A DNA stretch of 64,000 bases from Verrucomicrobiota bacterium (GTDB lineage: Bacteria > Verrucomicrobiota > Verrucomicrobiia > Limisphaerales > AAA164-E04), in the NCBI GenBank assembly GCA_047947115.1, contig CP170459.1, positions 3,168,001-3,232,000 on the forward strand. Reading direction: 5' to 3'. The position numbers were made by a program, and so were the translations under genes. Every line of letters begins with the position of its first letter. Within the stretch, counting starts at the first letter, position 1. Shown here piece after piece: positions 18,001-22,350 of the stretch. The notes beneath the pieces were generated by a model. The model saw only the letters and a program-made list of their open reading frames with translations. It had not been told where the DNA came from and ran no database searches.

Positions 18001-19669
18001 CCATGGCCTTGATCAATTTGTTTATGAATTAATCGATACAAATGGTGGTACCAGTTCCGCCTTTATTTCGGTCGATGTCATCGACATCAAGGATCCACCC
18101 GTCGCCAATCCTGATTCCTATGTCCTCGGTGAGGATGTCTCAGAAACATTTTTTGATATCAAAGTCAACGATTACGATCCGGATTCAACGGAGTTGACTC
18201 CTGTTATCGTGGATGCACCTCCGGGAGGTTCCATTCGAATCGATGCCGTCGGCGATTTGTATTACACGCCGAATGACGACTTTTCCGGAACAGATATCTT
18301 CACCTACAAACTGGTGGATGAAGCCAATCAGGAATCAGCACCTGCCGAAGTGAGGGTTCGTGTTCTGGCGGGACCGAAGAACCATCTGCAGTCTCCGGAT
18401 GCACCGATTGTCATTTTCCAGAATGTCGAAGGTTTTGGTACGACATTGACTTTTTCTGCGGATAACAATCCTCCGAACCAGATCAGTGTTACGGACCCTG
18501 ACAGTGAAGAACTGACGATTACCATGTCGGTGACCAATGGTAATTTGTCCGTGGATGCAAATCCAAATCTCGTCTTTACCGACGGTGTTTTTGAAGACTC
18601 GCGTGGGATTCAGATGTTCGGACGTAAGGAACACTTGAATGAGGCGCTGGCTTCCTTGAGGTATGTTCCGGACATTGATTACCTGGGCCCGGATCGGTTG
18701 GTTATCTTCACTGAAGATGAAGGTGGACCCGGAGAATTGCCTGTCAGATTTGACGAGGATAATGACGGGTTGACCATTCTGGTTGAACTGCGTGCTCTGG
18801 CTGGCTTGCAAAGCTCTGACGTGACTTCATTACTCAGTCATTCGGCCGTTCCTATCAAGAACGTGGAACTGGTTGGGTTCGATGATAAAGTGATTGGCGG
18901 TGTGACCATCAGTACAGAGAATGGTCTGGAGGTGGCCTTTGATCCTCTACCCGGTCAAGGTGGTTTGAAACAACCCACCGAAATCGAAATTCTGGTGACT
19001 TATGAAGACGGATCGAAGGAAACCCTCAAGATTCCCGTCACGGTATTTCAGCCTGAGTTGATCGTGGTTGAGGAATTGGTGCCGACCATTTCGACATCCA
19101 GCAATTTGAATCCTCAAACAGGTTTCTTTGAGCAGGTGATTGAAATTGCCAACAACACCCCATTCGATTTTGCTGCTATTCGAATTTATATTCATGACAT
19201 GCAGCCAGACGTGAACGTCAAGTTCATGACCAAAAAGGATCTGTTTGGAACGTATGTGGAGTTTGCTGTGGACCTCAAGGAGGGCGAGAGTACCACAGTT
19301 ATTCTGGAATACTTTAGCACCACCGGTAAGGCAATCACTCCGCCGCGTCTTGAAATGTTGGTAAGGCGTTCCATTGAATCCGATCCAACCGGACCGACCG
19401 GTGAACGGCTGGAAGCAGCCTTTTCTGCGGGGGTTGGGGCCAATGGTCGCGTCAATCGATCCTACCTCAGTTTCCATTCTGAAGAAGGGTTTGTTTACTG
19501 GGTGGAATACAGTGACGACATGGTCAACTGGAAAGCAGCCTTGAATTCCATCGAAGGAACAGGTGAAATGATCCTATGGCAGGACACGGGAGCACCCAAC
19601 ACGGCTCCAATGCCTTCCGGAGATGGTCAAGGCCGAATTTATCGCATTGTCAAGCAACCATTGGAATAG
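2..19669 (+). CDS. Giant repetitive Ig-fold surface protein/adhesin (choice-of-anchor D-like, Big_9/tandem-95 cadherin-like and He_PIG-like domains); 5' end lies outside the window
   Basis: ORF 38..19669 (6543 aa). The frame is open back to base 2 (FDSKGDEGAIFA precedes the annotated M), so the gene is truncated by the window. Repeat motifs: PEIN.QG...DDTDFG...FTIQNTGTG.L...F.P...G.RTA...N.D.DE.PY.F.L.GTG; P.AVDD.Y.V.ED...GVL.ND...L.LN.DGS..Y.P..NFNG.D.FTY; F.D.DGD.L.F.AEGLPPGL..DP.TG..SG. Confidence 0.92.
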   Translation, partial: FDSKGDEGAIFAMLLNQENLRGLDADLLNENDSMIIQIDGESVNVECASAGDVSLVFVDGYIGTMGSNPQQNNNVNRFSTLGIDRMAFSQNDSDGDGNFSLQGNDIQGTLTITADNGNKYTLAATMVWLDKSGNSIDNFGALFDDASQSTQTIVTSKGSLTLQLGDDANLDSNVSLTALTTSKTYADGSNISGSADKNNLLRALNDYLGDTVQVSTITTSDITEGDNLVYTVTLEAAAPSNAYYAYIISSTDSTVTNATFSNGVTVNTADGTILVPNGVSSFTVTYNTSDDSTVESTKTATLTAGNFAATANILDNDSAAPEINVQGGTPATDIADGDTVPSTTDDTDFGNVLTGSSDAHTFTIQNTGTGSLTVATPTFSGTNSGDFSITTAPTSPVAASGSTTFVVTFTPGGTGERTATLSFTNSDGDESPYNFALKGTGVTPEINVQGGTPATDIADGDTVPSTTDDTDFGNVLTGSSDAHTFTIQNTGTGSLTVATPTFSGTNSGDFSITTAPTSPVAASGSTTFVVTFTPGGTGERTATLSFTNSDGDESPYNFALKGTGVTPEINVQGGTPATDIADGDTVPSTTDDTDFGNVLTGSSDAHTFTIQNTGTGSLTVATPTFSGTNSGDFSITTAPTSPVAASGSTTFVVMFTPGGTGERTATLSFTNSDGDESPYNFALKGTGVTPEINVQGGTPATDIADGDTVPSTTDDTDFGNVLTGSSDAHTFTIQDTGTGSLTVATPTFSGTNSGDFSITTAPTSPVAASGSTTFVVTFTPGGTGERTATLSFTNSDGDESPYNFALKGTGVTPEINVQGGTPATDIADGDTVPSTTDDTDFGNVLTGSSDAHTFTIQNTGTGSLTVATPTFSGTNSGDFSITTAPTSPVAASGSTTFVVTFTPGGTGERTATLSFTNSDGDESPYNFALKGTGVTPEINVQGGTPATDIADGDTVPSTTDDTDFGNVLTGSSDAHTFTIQNTGTGSLTVATPTFSGTNSGDFSITTAPTSPVAASGSTTFVVTFTPGGTGERTATLSFTNSDGDESPYNFALKGTGVTPEINVQGGTPATDIADGDTVPSTTDDTDFGNVLTGSSDAHTFTIQNTGTGSLTVATPTFSGTNSGDFSITTAPTSPVAASGSTTFVVTFTPGGTGERTATLSFTNSDGDESPYNFALKGTGVTPEINVQGGTPATDIADGDTVPSTTDDTDFGNVLTGSSDAHTFTIQNTGTGSLTVATPTFSGTNSGDFSITTAPTSPVAASGSTTFVVTFTPGGTGERTATLSFTNSDGDESPYNFALKGTGVTPEINVQGGTPATDIADGDTVPSTTDDTDFGNVLTGSSDAHTFTIQNTGTGSLTVATPTFSGTNSGDFSITTAPTSPVAASGSTTFVVTFTPGGTGERTATLSFTNSDGDESPYNFALKGTGVTPEINVQGGTPATDIADGDTVPSTTDDTDFGNVLTGSSDAHTFTIQNTGTGSLTVATPTFSGTNSGDFSITTAPTSPVAASGSTTFVVMFTPGGTGERTATLSFTNSDGDESPYNFALKGTGVTPEINVQGGTPATDIADGDTVPSTTDDTDFGNVLTGSSDAHTFTIQNTGTGSLTVATPTFSGTNSGDFSITTAPTSPVAASGSTTFVVTFTPGGTGERTATLSFTNSDGDESPYNFALKGTGVTPEINVQGGTPATDIADGDTVPSTTDDTDFGNVLTGSSDAHTFTIQNTGTGSLTVATPTFSGTNSGDFSITTAPTSPVAASGSTTFVVTFTPGGTGERTATLSFTNSDGDESPYNFALKGTGVTPEINVQGGTPATDIADGDTVPSTTDDTDFGNVLTGSSDAHTFTIQNTGTGSLTVATPTFSGTNSGDFSITTAPTSPVAASGSTTFVVTFTPGGTGERTATLSFTNSDGDESPYNFALKGTGVTPEINVQGGTPATDIADGDTVPSTTDDTDFGNVLTGSSDAHTFTIQNTGTGSLTVATPTFSGTNSGDFSITTAPTSPVAASGSTTFVVTFTPGGTGERTATLSFTNSDGDESPYNFALKGTGVTPEINVQGGTPATDIADGDTVPSTTDDTDFGNVLTGSSDAHTFTIQNTGTGSLTVATPTFSGTNSGDFSITTAPTSPVAASGSTTFVVTFTPGGTGERTATLSFTNSDGDESPYNFALKGTGVTPEINVQGGTPATDIADGDTVPSTTDDTDFGNVLTGSSDAHTFTIQNTGTGSLTVATPTFSGTNSGDFSITTAPTSPVAASGSTTFVVMFTPGGTGERTATLSFTNSDGDESPYNFALKGTGVTPEINVQGGTPATDIADGDTVPSTTDDTDFGNVLTGSSDAHTFTIQNTGTGSLTVATPTFSGTNSGDFSITTAPTSPVAASGSTTFVVTFTPGGTGERTATLSFTNSDGDESPYNFALKGTGVTPEINVQGGTPATDIADGDTVPSTTDDTDFGNVLTGSSDAHTFTIQNTGTGSLTVATPTFSGTNSGDFSITTAPTSPVAASGSTTFVVMFTPGGTGERTATLSFTNSDGDESPYNFALKGTGVTPEINVQGGTPATDIADGDTVPSTTDDTDFGNVLTGSSDAHTFTIQNAGTGSLTVATPTFSGTNSGDFSITTAPTSPVAASGSTTFVVTFTPGGTGERTATLSFTNSDGDESPYNFALKGTGVTPEINLVGNSNNIADDTGHTPSTTDDTDFGNVDTVAGTDVNTFTIENTGTGTLTVGTITISGANAADFTAGTPTSTSIAAGGTATFTLTFNPSADGERTASISITSDDGDENPYNFNLKGTGTSPEINLVGNSNNIADDTGHTPSTTDDTDFGDVDTAAGTDVNTFTIQNTGTGTLTVGTITISGTNAADFTAGTPTSTSIAAGGTATFTLTFNPSGDGERTASIAIASDDGDENLYNFNLKGTGTSPEINLVGNSNNIADDTGHTPSTTDDTDFGNVDTASGTDVNTFTIQNTGTGTLTVGTITISGTNASDFTAGTPTSTSIAAGGTATFTLTFNPSADGERTASISIASDDGDENPYNFNLKGTGTSPEINLVGNSNNIADDTGHTPSTTDDTDFGDVDTAAGTDVNTFTIQNTGTGTLTVGTITISGTNAADFTAGTPTSTSIAAGGTATFTLTFNPSGDGERTASIAIASDDGDENPYNFNLKGTGTSPEINLVGNSNNIADDTGHTPSTTDDTDFGNVDTAAGTDVNTFTIQNTGTGTLTVGTITISGTNAADFTAGTPTSTSIAAGGTATFTLTFNPSADGERTANISIASDDGDENPYNFNLKGTGTSPEINLVGNSNNIADDTGHTPSTTDDTDFGDVDTASGTDVNTFTIQNTGTGTLTVGTITISGTNAADFTAGTPTSTSIAAGGTATFTLTFNPSADGERTASISIASDDGDENPYNFNLKGTGTSPEINLVGNSNNIADDTGHTPSTTDDTDFGNVDTAAGTDVNTFTIQNTGTGTLTVGTITISGTNAADFTADTPTSTSIAAGGTATFTLTFNPSGDGKRTASIAIASDDGDENPYNFNLKGTGTSPEINLVGNSNNIADDTGHTPSTTDDTDFGNVDTASGTDVNTFTIQNTGTGTLTVGTIAISGTNASDFSAGTPTSTSIAAGGTATFTLTFNPSGDGERTASIAIASDDGDENPYNFNLKGTGTSPEINVQGNAINIVDGDTSPNTNDNTDFGNVLTGSSDAHSFTILNVGSGDLTVATPTFSGTHATDFSITTTPSSPVGASSNTSFVVTFTPGGTGVRTATLSFTNSDGDENPYNFDLQGTGVTPEINVQGNSIDIVDGDTSPSTADDTDFGDVLTGSSDAHTFTVQNTGTGTLTVVTPTFSGTHAADFSITTVPSSPVAASSDTTFVVTFTPGGTGTRTASLSFTNSDGDESPYDFDLQGTGVVPEMNVQGNGTDIASGDTTPATSDDTDFGSVNVSGATQPKTFTIQNTGTGMLSITGTPLVDITGADKSHFSVTTDPSNSVVASADTTFVVTFDPSSSGTKTATISIANSDSDENPYTFTIQGYGDEAPDAVNDTYATNEDVALTVAASGVLANDNVGGNGAPVGGMAATKVTDPANGSLTLNSDGSFTYTPASNYNGADSFTYSITDSDGDSDTATVSITVNGVNDTPVATNDAYSVDEDTSLTVSAAGVLSNDSIGGDGGTLAATKETDPSNGSVTLNTDGSLVYTPTANFNGTDSFTYSIVDSDGSKAIATVTITVNPIDDNPSAVDDTYAVNEDTTLTVPVATGVLDNDNIGGDGGTLESVKITDPGNGTLTLNTDGSFTYIPTANFNGTDTFTYQIEDADGDTDDATVTITVNSVDDNPDAVNDTYAVNEDNTLTVPAGTGVLNNDDIGGDGGTLKSVKITDPTNGTLILNSDGSLAYTPNANFNGTDTFTYSIVDADGDTDAATVTVTVNSVDDNPDAVDDTYAVNEDNTLTVAVGNGVLNNDNIGGDGGTLVATKLSDPSNGTLILNSDGSLTYTPNANFNGTDTFTYSIVDADGDTDTATVTVTVNSVDDGPDAVDDTYAVDEDNTLTVAVGTGVLNNDNIGGDGGTLAATKSSDPSNGTLILNSDGSLTYTPNANFNGTDAFTYSIVDVDGDTDNATVTVTVNSVDDGPDAVDDLYVIDEDTPLIVPAETGVLNNDTLGGDGGVLVVASNTPPSNGILSINPDGNSSLPRRVIRQAVTELTINVDGSFSYIPNPDFNGTDSFTYTITDANGTTDTATVVINVNAVDDQPAALDDTYAVNEDGTLTVPVGTGVLNNDNIGGDGGTLTVTGSTQPSNGSLTLNPDGSFSYVPNPDFNGTDTFTYTITDANGTEDTATVVINVNAVDDQPAAVDDIFAVDEDGTLTVPVGTGVLNNDTLGGDGGTLTVTSSTEPTNGTLTLNPDGSFSYTPNPDFFGSDSFTYTITDADGTSNTATVVIVVNSVNDAPKANDDVFTINEDDTLSLPKESGVLSNDTAGGDGGPLEIVDHTQPQNGTVILTPDGVLIYIPDPNFHGLEIFEYTVQDGDGTTDTAIITIVVNDVNDAPTVDKDLLPEEFDADNGFTLKIFDGESINRDIGSAFSDEDGDPLLFTAEGLPPGLILDPDTGILSGVVDNSASRGGENNDGLYVVVITVSDQNGGLVEWVITIVVGNPVPLANQDIYFVDEDSALNVSAPGVLENDTDPDGDTLQVVTIVLPPSHGSAVVNPDGSLTYTPNPNFNGSDLLLYQIQDADGDTAVADVVLIVNPVNDGPVAVDDVYSINEDQTLTVPSEGGLLVNDSVGGDGGLLQVVDFTQPVSGTLIVTPNGEVIYMPEPNFNGSVEFEYTLQDGDGTTATARVSIAVNSINDVPKLDSALVPGQFDPDSGFVWSIDDGESINRDIGSAFSDEDGDPLLFTAEGLPPGLTLDPDTGILSGVVDNSASRGGENNDGLYVVVITVSDQNGGLVEWVITIVVGNPVPEANQDVYFLDEDTLLNVSASGVLENDTDSDGDALQVTAVVLPPSNGVAVLNPDGSLTYTPNPNFNGSDLLLYQIEDADGDTAVAAVILIINPIDDGPVAVDDVYVVNEDQVLTVPDVSGLLSNDSVGGDGGLLTVVDNTSIANGVLIVTASGELIYIPALNFNGTEVFEYTIEDADGTIDTATVTLIVNEVNDPPMLQAGRLPSELGDGPVFQWKVLDGESLNLDLGGGFDDADQDGLRFIAEGLPPGLSIHPETGVISGIVPIVASSGGDGNEGVYVVVVTVKDQRGGTTELELELVVGNPLPSAVDDSYTIDEDTLLNIPAPGVLANDTDPDGDVLRVTGIVLPASNGEATLNPDGSLTYLPNPEFNGSDFLIYQMEDSDGGTSAAVVSITVIPANDPPLLDLSLLPEEFQTEPVLTVVLEDDQNVSIDLGGAFRDPELDNLSFLVDNLPPGLRIDPETGLISGTIPPSGSQGGTNEDGIYQIIISVSDGKGGITPVDVQIRVLNPPPVAVDDAYSVSEESVLVVDAPGVLVNDSDPDGDGISVSRLLVQPSGGVATINSDGSLIYTPNGDFHGLDQFVYELIDTNGGTSSAFISVDVIDIKDPPVANPDSYVLGEDVSETFFDIKVNDYDPDSTELTPVIVDAPPGGSIRIDAVGDLYYTPNDDFSGTDIFTYKLVDEANQESAPAEVRVRVLAGPKNHLQSPDAPIVIFQNVEGFGTTLTFSADNNPPNQISVTDPDSEELTITMSVTNGNLSVDANPNLVFTDGVFEDSRGIQMFGRKEHLNEALASLRYVPDIDYLGPDRLVIFTEDEGGPGELPVRFDEDNDGLTILVELRALAGLQSSDVTSLLSHSAVPIKNVELVGFDDKVIGGVTISTENGLEVAFDPLPGQGGLKQPTEIEILVTYEDGSKETLKIPVTVFQPELIVVEELVPTISTSSNLNPQTGFFEQVIEIANNTPFDFAAIRIYIHDMQPDVNVKFMTKKDLFGTYVEFAVDLKEGESTTVILEYFSTTGKAITPPRLEMLVRRSIESDPTGPTGERLEAAFSAGVGANGRVNRSYLSFHSEEGFVYWVEYSDDMVNWKAALNSIEGTGEMILWQDTGAPNTAPMPSGDGQGRIYRIVKQPLE
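962..7972 (+). repeat. Tandem array A: 19 near-identical 369-bp (123-aa) coding repeats
   Basis: Unit starts cctgagatcaatgtgcaggga at 962, 1331, 1700 ... 7604 (period 369), with only a handful of SNPs between copies. Confidence 0.97.
7973..10924 (+). repeat. Tandem array B: 8 x 369-bp coding repeats (PEINLVGNSNNIADD...), synonymously diverged and mosaic
   Basis: Units start at 7973, 8342, 8711, 9080, 9449, 9818, 10187 and 10556. The protein is almost invariant but there are many third-position differences. Three further divergent copies follow to about 12020. Confidence 0.95.
12020..18370 (+). repeat. About 17 Big_9/tandem-95 cadherin-like repeats interspersed with 4 He_PIG-like Ig modules
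   Basis: Recurrent ~97-aa motif (P.A.DD.Y...ED...GVL.ND...NG.L.LN.DGS..Y.P..NFNG.D.F.Y.I.D.DG....ATV.I.V) and GLPPGL.(L/I)(D/H)P.TG.(L/I)SG modules. Boundaries are approximate. Confidence 0.85.
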
Positions 19670-19673
19670 GCTC

Positions 19674-20921
19674 ATGAGTCGCAATATATCAAGATATAAA
19701 CGCATAACGCCCGTCTCACTGATGATGGCTGCTGCCGGTTCGTTGAGTGCACAAGAGATTCCTCAACCATTCGTGGTCAACGAAAGCCTGCTGGCCCTCA
19801 CACACGTGGAGCAAGCCATCATGCTCGCGCAGAATGATGCTATGGGGCAGAGTGATGTCATGGCCAGTGGTAATATCGTTGAGTCGAATACCATCTCGGA
19901 GGATGTTTCGAACATGGGTATTGTGGAACCGGAAAAGGATCGCAAATCCCGCATTGGAGCAGGTTTTTCCCTCTTGACCAATGTGAAAGCCTCCATCGGT
20001 TCGCTGTCGATATTCACCGCAAACAGTGGGCCCGCCACGGGCAGCACGGTGAATCGCGATTATCTGGATGGGTTTGTCTATCTGGATTCGTCAGACAATC
20101 TCGGTGACTTGCGGGTGCCATTTCGCACACACAATTTTGGGTTTGTAAGCAGGGGGCAAGTGCACCCTGCAGCGGGGGCAGGCACCATTGATTTTCACGA
20201 TGTCCGCCTGGATGGGGGAAGTTATGCGTCACCTGAAAAATCCGGTTTTGCTCCTGGATTTGAAGTGCATTACAGCCACCGGCTTAAACGCACTGACAAG
20301 TGGAAATATGAACTGGAACTTGGACTTGGAATTCAGGATTTTGATTTTGATATCAAAGACAAGCCAGCCGATTTCCAGGTTCTGACAGACTCCTATCAAC
20401 TGGGTGGTGTGGACCCAACAGTGTTCGGAGTTCCCTATACGGGAAGTTTCTTCCCGAAACCCACTGGATCACCGAAAATCGGATCGACTCCCACGCGCAC
20501 GTTCGGAGCGGCAACAGGTACCATTGCCGGAGGAGCGGAAATCGAATCCTATGCCATCATCGGTCGATTGGGCCCAGGTGCACGTTATGATGCGACCGAG
20601 AAACTGGATCTTACCATGATGGGAGGCTTGACCCTGGCTTACATGCATGCCGATGTCACTTACGATGAATTGCAGACACTCAACCTTTCTGGTTCCAGTT
20701 TGACTTTCAATCAAGCCGGGGCGTTTAGTGAATCCGGGACCTTCTGGGGGTTCTTCGCTGCAGCTCGGGCCACCTATGACCTGAGTGAACGGCTCGGTGT
20801 TTACGGTGAAGCGCGTTACTTGCACTTGGAATCCTTCGACCTGAGCGATGGCGTACGCACTGTGGAACTGGACTTCGGAAGTGCCCTCGGTTTTCTGGTT
20901 GGTGTGACCTACGATTTCTGA
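19674..20921 (+). CDS. Outer-membrane beta-barrel protein with long loops, probably co-transcribed with the giant protein
   Basis: ATG at 19674 lies 4 bp after the adhesin stop. Signal-peptide-like N-terminus (MSRNISRYKRITPVSLMMAAAGSLSA-QE), amphipathic beta-strands in the C-terminal half and a BAM-type terminus ...FLVGVTYDF. Confidence 0.8.
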   Translation: MSRNISRYKRITPVSLMMAAAGSLSAQEIPQPFVVNESLLALTHVEQAIMLAQNDAMGQSDVMASGNIVESNTISEDVSNMGIVEPEKDRKSRIGAGFSLLTNVKASIGSLSIFTANSGPATGSTVNRDYLDGFVYLDSSDNLGDLRVPFRTHNFGFVSRGQVHPAAGAGTIDFHDVRLDGGSYASPEKSGFAPGFEVHYSHRLKRTDKWKYELELGLGIQDFDFDIKDKPADFQVLTDSYQLGGVDPTVFGVPYTGSFFPKPTGSPKIGSTPTRTFGAATGTIAGGAEIESYAIIGRLGPGARYDATEKLDLTMMGGLTLAYMHADVTYDELQTLNLSGSSLTFNQAGAFSESGTFWGFFAAARATYDLSERLGVYGEARYLHLESFDLSDGVRTVELDFGSALGFLVGVTYDF

Positions 20922-20945
20922 TGCGGTTCTCCTAAAAGATCTGGA

Positions 20946-22337
20946 TCAAAGCTTATTGCGTAGTTCAGAAAAAACATTTCCTGAAGGCCCTTCAGGAAGG
21001 GAAGATTGCCATTGTTTCAACTCGGCTGCCAAACTGGTTGCGACTGTTGCTTGCTTTTTTAGCAGGTTGTTTTTCTCATAGGGATCCTTCGATATGTCGT
21101 AGAGTTCCATGTAATCCAGATCCCGGTTGGCAACCAGTTTCCAATGATGATGCACGATCGCCCAGGAAACCCAGTGATGAGGTCGGGTTTTATTGGCCGG
21201 CCATGTAGAAGGAAACTTCCAGAACAGTGGTTTGGGTCGGGAGAGCAGGGGAGATCCTTGGAGTACCTGGGTGATATCGACGCCATCTGGTTGGTAGGTT
21301 TCCGGCATGGCAGTTCCGCTGATGGAGCAAAATGTTGGCAGCAGGTCAACGGCTGAAAACAATGATTGATCGTCCACTTTCCTTGCGCTGATTTTTCCTG
21401 GCCATCGCGCAATGAAAGGAACCCCGATGCCGCCTTCAAAAAGGGATGATTTATACCCTTTGCGGCCTCCGGTGATTCCTTTGGAGGCTGCGATTCCCCA
21501 TCCGGCGCCGGTGGCTGTGTCGTATTGCAGTTTGAGTTCCGTCGGTCCGGTTGATCGCGCTGGTCCGTTGTCGGATGTGAAAATGACCAATGTGTTGTCT
21601 GCAATATTCAATGTATCCAGCGCATTCAGTATCTCTCCGATCCGGTCATCCGCGTGTGACAGGACCGATGCGTAGATGCGATCCGTTTCACTTTCCATAT
21701 GACGGAACCTCCATTCGTATTTTGGAACCGTGTGGAAGGGGGTGTGGGGTTCGTGAATCCAGAGGTTGATATAGAAAGGTTTGTTTTCTGCAACTGCTTT
21801 CTGGATGAAGGAGACGGCATGCTTGGAATCTTCATGCACCGGCATCTGTTCTCCCGCACAATTGAATGCGCCATAGTCATCGTAACCATAGGCACTTGGT
21901 AAGGGGGAGTCCGGAATCATGTCATTCGCCAAGTGCCATTTGCCGTAGTGTGCGGTGGCGTACCCGGCCTGCTTCAGCATGCGGGGCAATGTCGGCGCAT
22001 TGGTATCCAACCAGTCGGGCATGTTTCTTTTGGCATTGCTGGGCACCCAGGCAAAGTGCCCGTCGATGTTGTAACGCGCCGGAAAGTGTCCGGTCATGAT
22101 GGCCGTGCGACTGGGGGAACACACTCCGCTGGCAACAGTGAAACGATGGAAATCGGTACCTTCACGCGCCAGGCGGTCGATGTTGGGCGTTTTGACATAA
22201 GGATGTCCATGACAGCTCAAATCTCCCCAACCCCAGTCATCCGCCAGGATGAACAGTATGTTGGGGCGGGGCGATGTCTCACTGTTTAACGTTCCGATCA
22301 GGACAATGAGGAAAACGAAAAGATGATGCAGTTTCAT
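20946..22337 (-). CDS. Formylglycine-dependent sulfatase (S1)
   Basis: NILFILADD, CSPSRTAIMTG, GKWHL and IFTSDNG motifs; signal peptide. Confidence 0.95.
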   Translation of the reverse strand: MKLHHLFVFLIVLIGTLNSETSPRPNILFILADDWGWGDLSCHGHPYVKTPNIDRLAREGTDFHRFTVASGVCSPSRTAIMTGHFPARYNIDGHFAWVPSNAKRNMPDWLDTNAPTLPRMLKQAGYATAHYGKWHLANDMIPDSPLPSAYGYDDYGAFNCAGEQMPVHEDSKHAVSFIQKAVAENKPFYINLWIHEPHTPFHTVPKYEWRFRHMESETDRIYASVLSHADDRIGEILNALDTLNIADNTLVIFTSDNGPARSTGPTELKLQYDTATGAGWGIAASKGITGGRKGYKSSLFEGGIGVPFIARWPGKISARKVDDQSLFSAVDLLPTFCSISGTAMPETYQPDGVDITQVLQGSPLLSRPKPLFWKFPSTWPANKTRPHHWVSWAIVHHHWKLVANRDLDYMELYDISKDPYEKNNLLKKQATVATSLAAELKQWQSSLPEGPSGNVFSELRNKL

Positions 22338-22350
22338 GTTGGTTTCCGGT

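Noticed and set aside
38..19669. RTX/T1SS adhesin or autotransporter call
   Set aside because: No GGxGxDxUx nonapeptide cluster near the C-terminus, no fused barrel and no ABC/MFP/TolC genes in the window (upstream sequence unseen).
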